Assembly (NCBI GenBank): GCA_963783895.1
Contig: CAWAPF010000009.1
Location: forward strand, 15,128-79,127
Direction: 5' to 3'
Origin: an uncultured Trueperaceae bacterium
Lineage (GTDB): Bacteria > Deinococcota > Deinococci > Deinococcales > Trueperaceae
DNA length: 64,000 nt
Positions 63,045-64,000 of the stretch are shown piece by piece. Below the pieces are notes generated by a model, which saw only the letters and a program-made list of their open reading frames with translations, had not been told where the DNA came from and ran no database searches. The translations under genes and the position numbers were made by a program. Each line of letters starts with the position of its first letter. The stretch's first letter is position 1.

Positions 63045-63527
63045 TCAGGACTGCGGTTTGGCGATCGTGAGCTGGTTCAGCCCGACGCCCTGCCCGATCG
63101 GCGTGAACGAGTCCTTGTGCCCCGCGCTGTCGGTCACCGTGAGCGTCCAGTCGTAGGTCCCGGTTGCGGCGTCGGCAGGGATGTCCCAGGCGCCGGTCCA
63201 GAAGTGCTCCTGGTTGCTGGCGGGGGCGCTCGGGGGGTGCGCGCCGTACTCCATGTCGACGGTGTCGCCGTTGTCGAGCGTGACCTGGAGCTTGATGCCG
63301 CGCGCCTTGATGGCGTCCGGCGTGAGACGGCCGCCCGTGACGGCGTCGAAGACGTAGGCCTGCCACACCACGGCCTCGCCGGGTTGGAACACGGTGTTGG
63401 AGACGCACACCGGGCCCTTGGCGTTGGTCCCGCCTCGGATCGTCCCCGTCTGCACGAAGTACGTGTTGGCGAAGGCCGAGGTGGCCAGCACCGCCACAAG
63501 CACGGTCAACCACTTTGCGTAGCGCAT
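63045..63527 (-). CDS. Small secreted beta-rich hypothetical protein (160 aa)
   Basis: Signal peptide MRYAKWLTVLVAVLATSAFA. A GGGAGGGAG SD is present. It has an Ig-like alternating pattern (GTYDWTLTVTDSAGH). Confidence 0.55.
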   Translation of the reverse strand: MRYAKWLTVLVAVLATSAFANTYFVQTGTIRGGTNAKGPVCVSNTVFQPGEAVVWQAYVFDAVTGGRLTPDAIKARGIKLQVTLDNGDTVDMEYGAHPPSAPASNQEHFWTGAWDIPADAATGTYDWTLTVTDSAGHKDSFTPIGQGVGLNQLTIAKPQS

Positions 63528-63740
63528 GGTTCTCCCTCCCAATGCTGCCTATGAACGAACCATCTAGCTTCGTCTTCGAGAGTAGCATCGAACGGGACGT
63601 TCGTACCCATAGGACGAATGTCCCGACAGCGGCCGCGATGCCGCAAGCGTCGTCAGGGTTATCACGCCACGCTCAACCGTTTCATGCGATCGGCGCTCAC
63701 CATGGCCGACGGCCCCTCGCGGGGCCGGAAGGAGGTCGGC

Positions 63741-64000
63741 ATGCGCATGCACTCGAGGATTCTGACCGGCGCGATCCTGCTGCTGGCGGGCGCATCGTTC
63801 GCCCAGCAGATGCCAAGCACCCCGGTGAGCCAGGAGTTCCCGCACGTCCTCGCCACCGTGGATCTGCAACCCGGCCAGTCCGCTTCCATCACCGTTCCGG
63901 ACGCCTACTTCACGGGCGAGGCCCCCGGGGAGATGACGATCTACCTCCCGACGAACGCCTTCCGGGATCCCGTCCGCTTCCAGGTGCTGGCATCGTCCAA
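63741..64000 (+). CDS. Secreted hypothetical protein, 5' portion (continues beyond the window)
   Basis: It is absent from the ORF track because no stop lies inside the window. A GGAAGGAGG SD lies 5 nt upstream of the ATG. The signal peptide is MRMHSRILTGAILLLAGASFAQQ. The frame is open to base 64000. Confidence 0.5.
   Translation, partial: MRMHSRILTGAILLLAGASFAQQMPSTPVSQEFPHVLATVDLQPGQSASITVPDAYFTGEAPGEMTIYLPTNAFRDPVRFQVLASS

Noticed and set aside
1-64000. A search for mobile elements, prophage, toxin-antitoxin or defence-system genes, and for rRNA or tRNA genes.
   Set aside because: I saw no integrase, transposase, recombinase, phage structural, restriction-modification, Cas or abortive-infection-like translations in any frame. 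I also saw no flanking direct or inverted terminal repeats. The AT-richer patches are all short intergenic promoter regions.

Overview
Very GC-rich bacterial chromosomal segment (about two-thirds or more G+C by eye, not computed). It is densely packed with about 60 protein genes, many joined by 4-bp ATGA start/stop overlaps. I found no rRNA, tRNA, CRISPR array, transposase, integrase or prophage genes, so this looks like core chromosome. The lineage looks Deinococcus-Thermus-like. That call is an inference from a SlpA-type SLH + coiled-coil + beta-barrel envelope protein, ThyX, a long-form HPF and frequent extended -10 or leaderless-looking promoters.

Gene content from left to right:
- pcrA (5' end outside the window), minD-minE, a TauE-like exporter, an atypical receiver protein, HxlR and hpf.
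- A hexapeptide-transferase / small membrane protein / matrixin-like operon, a lipid kinase and slpA.
- thyX-rlmH, a SufT-like protein, a LapA-like protein, a SEDS (RodA/FtsW) protein, YceI, a BatA/VWA protein and DinB.
- An acyl-CoA carboxyltransferase plus cupin, then trpF-ppx.
- yraN-rsfS-LCP-yqeK-obg-rpmA-rplU.
- Two mirror-image RND efflux operons (30.0-45.6 kb) around a MarR gene.
- A DUF62 SAM hydrolase, class I FBA and an MscS-like channel.
- A GntR / CoA-transferase / HMG-CoA-lyase operon, then a Liv-type ABC transporter operon with a second GntR.
- A MarR-MFS(DHA2) pair, YihY, and a cluster of secreted Ig-like proteins.

Most interesting observations:
1. Each efflux operon encodes a normal-length TolC-like protein plus a short TolC-like paralogue that seems to lack both beta-hairpins. 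Both RND pumps carry an extra hydrophobic insertion.
2. A phased cluster of DnaA-box 9-mers lies in a 300-bp spacer far from any dnaA gene.
3. Three single-nucleotide frame disruptions all fall in envelope genes (slpA C-terminus, LapA-like, RND-1).
4. A shared GGTATACC operator motif links the Liv-type ABC operon with the CoA-transferase/HMG-CoA-lyase operon.
5. There is a catalytically dead matrixin-like protein and a receiver domain without its acceptor Asp.
6. Short perfect tandem duplications recur in 3' intergenic spacers.

All similarity calls come from reading the translations by eye. No database search was run.
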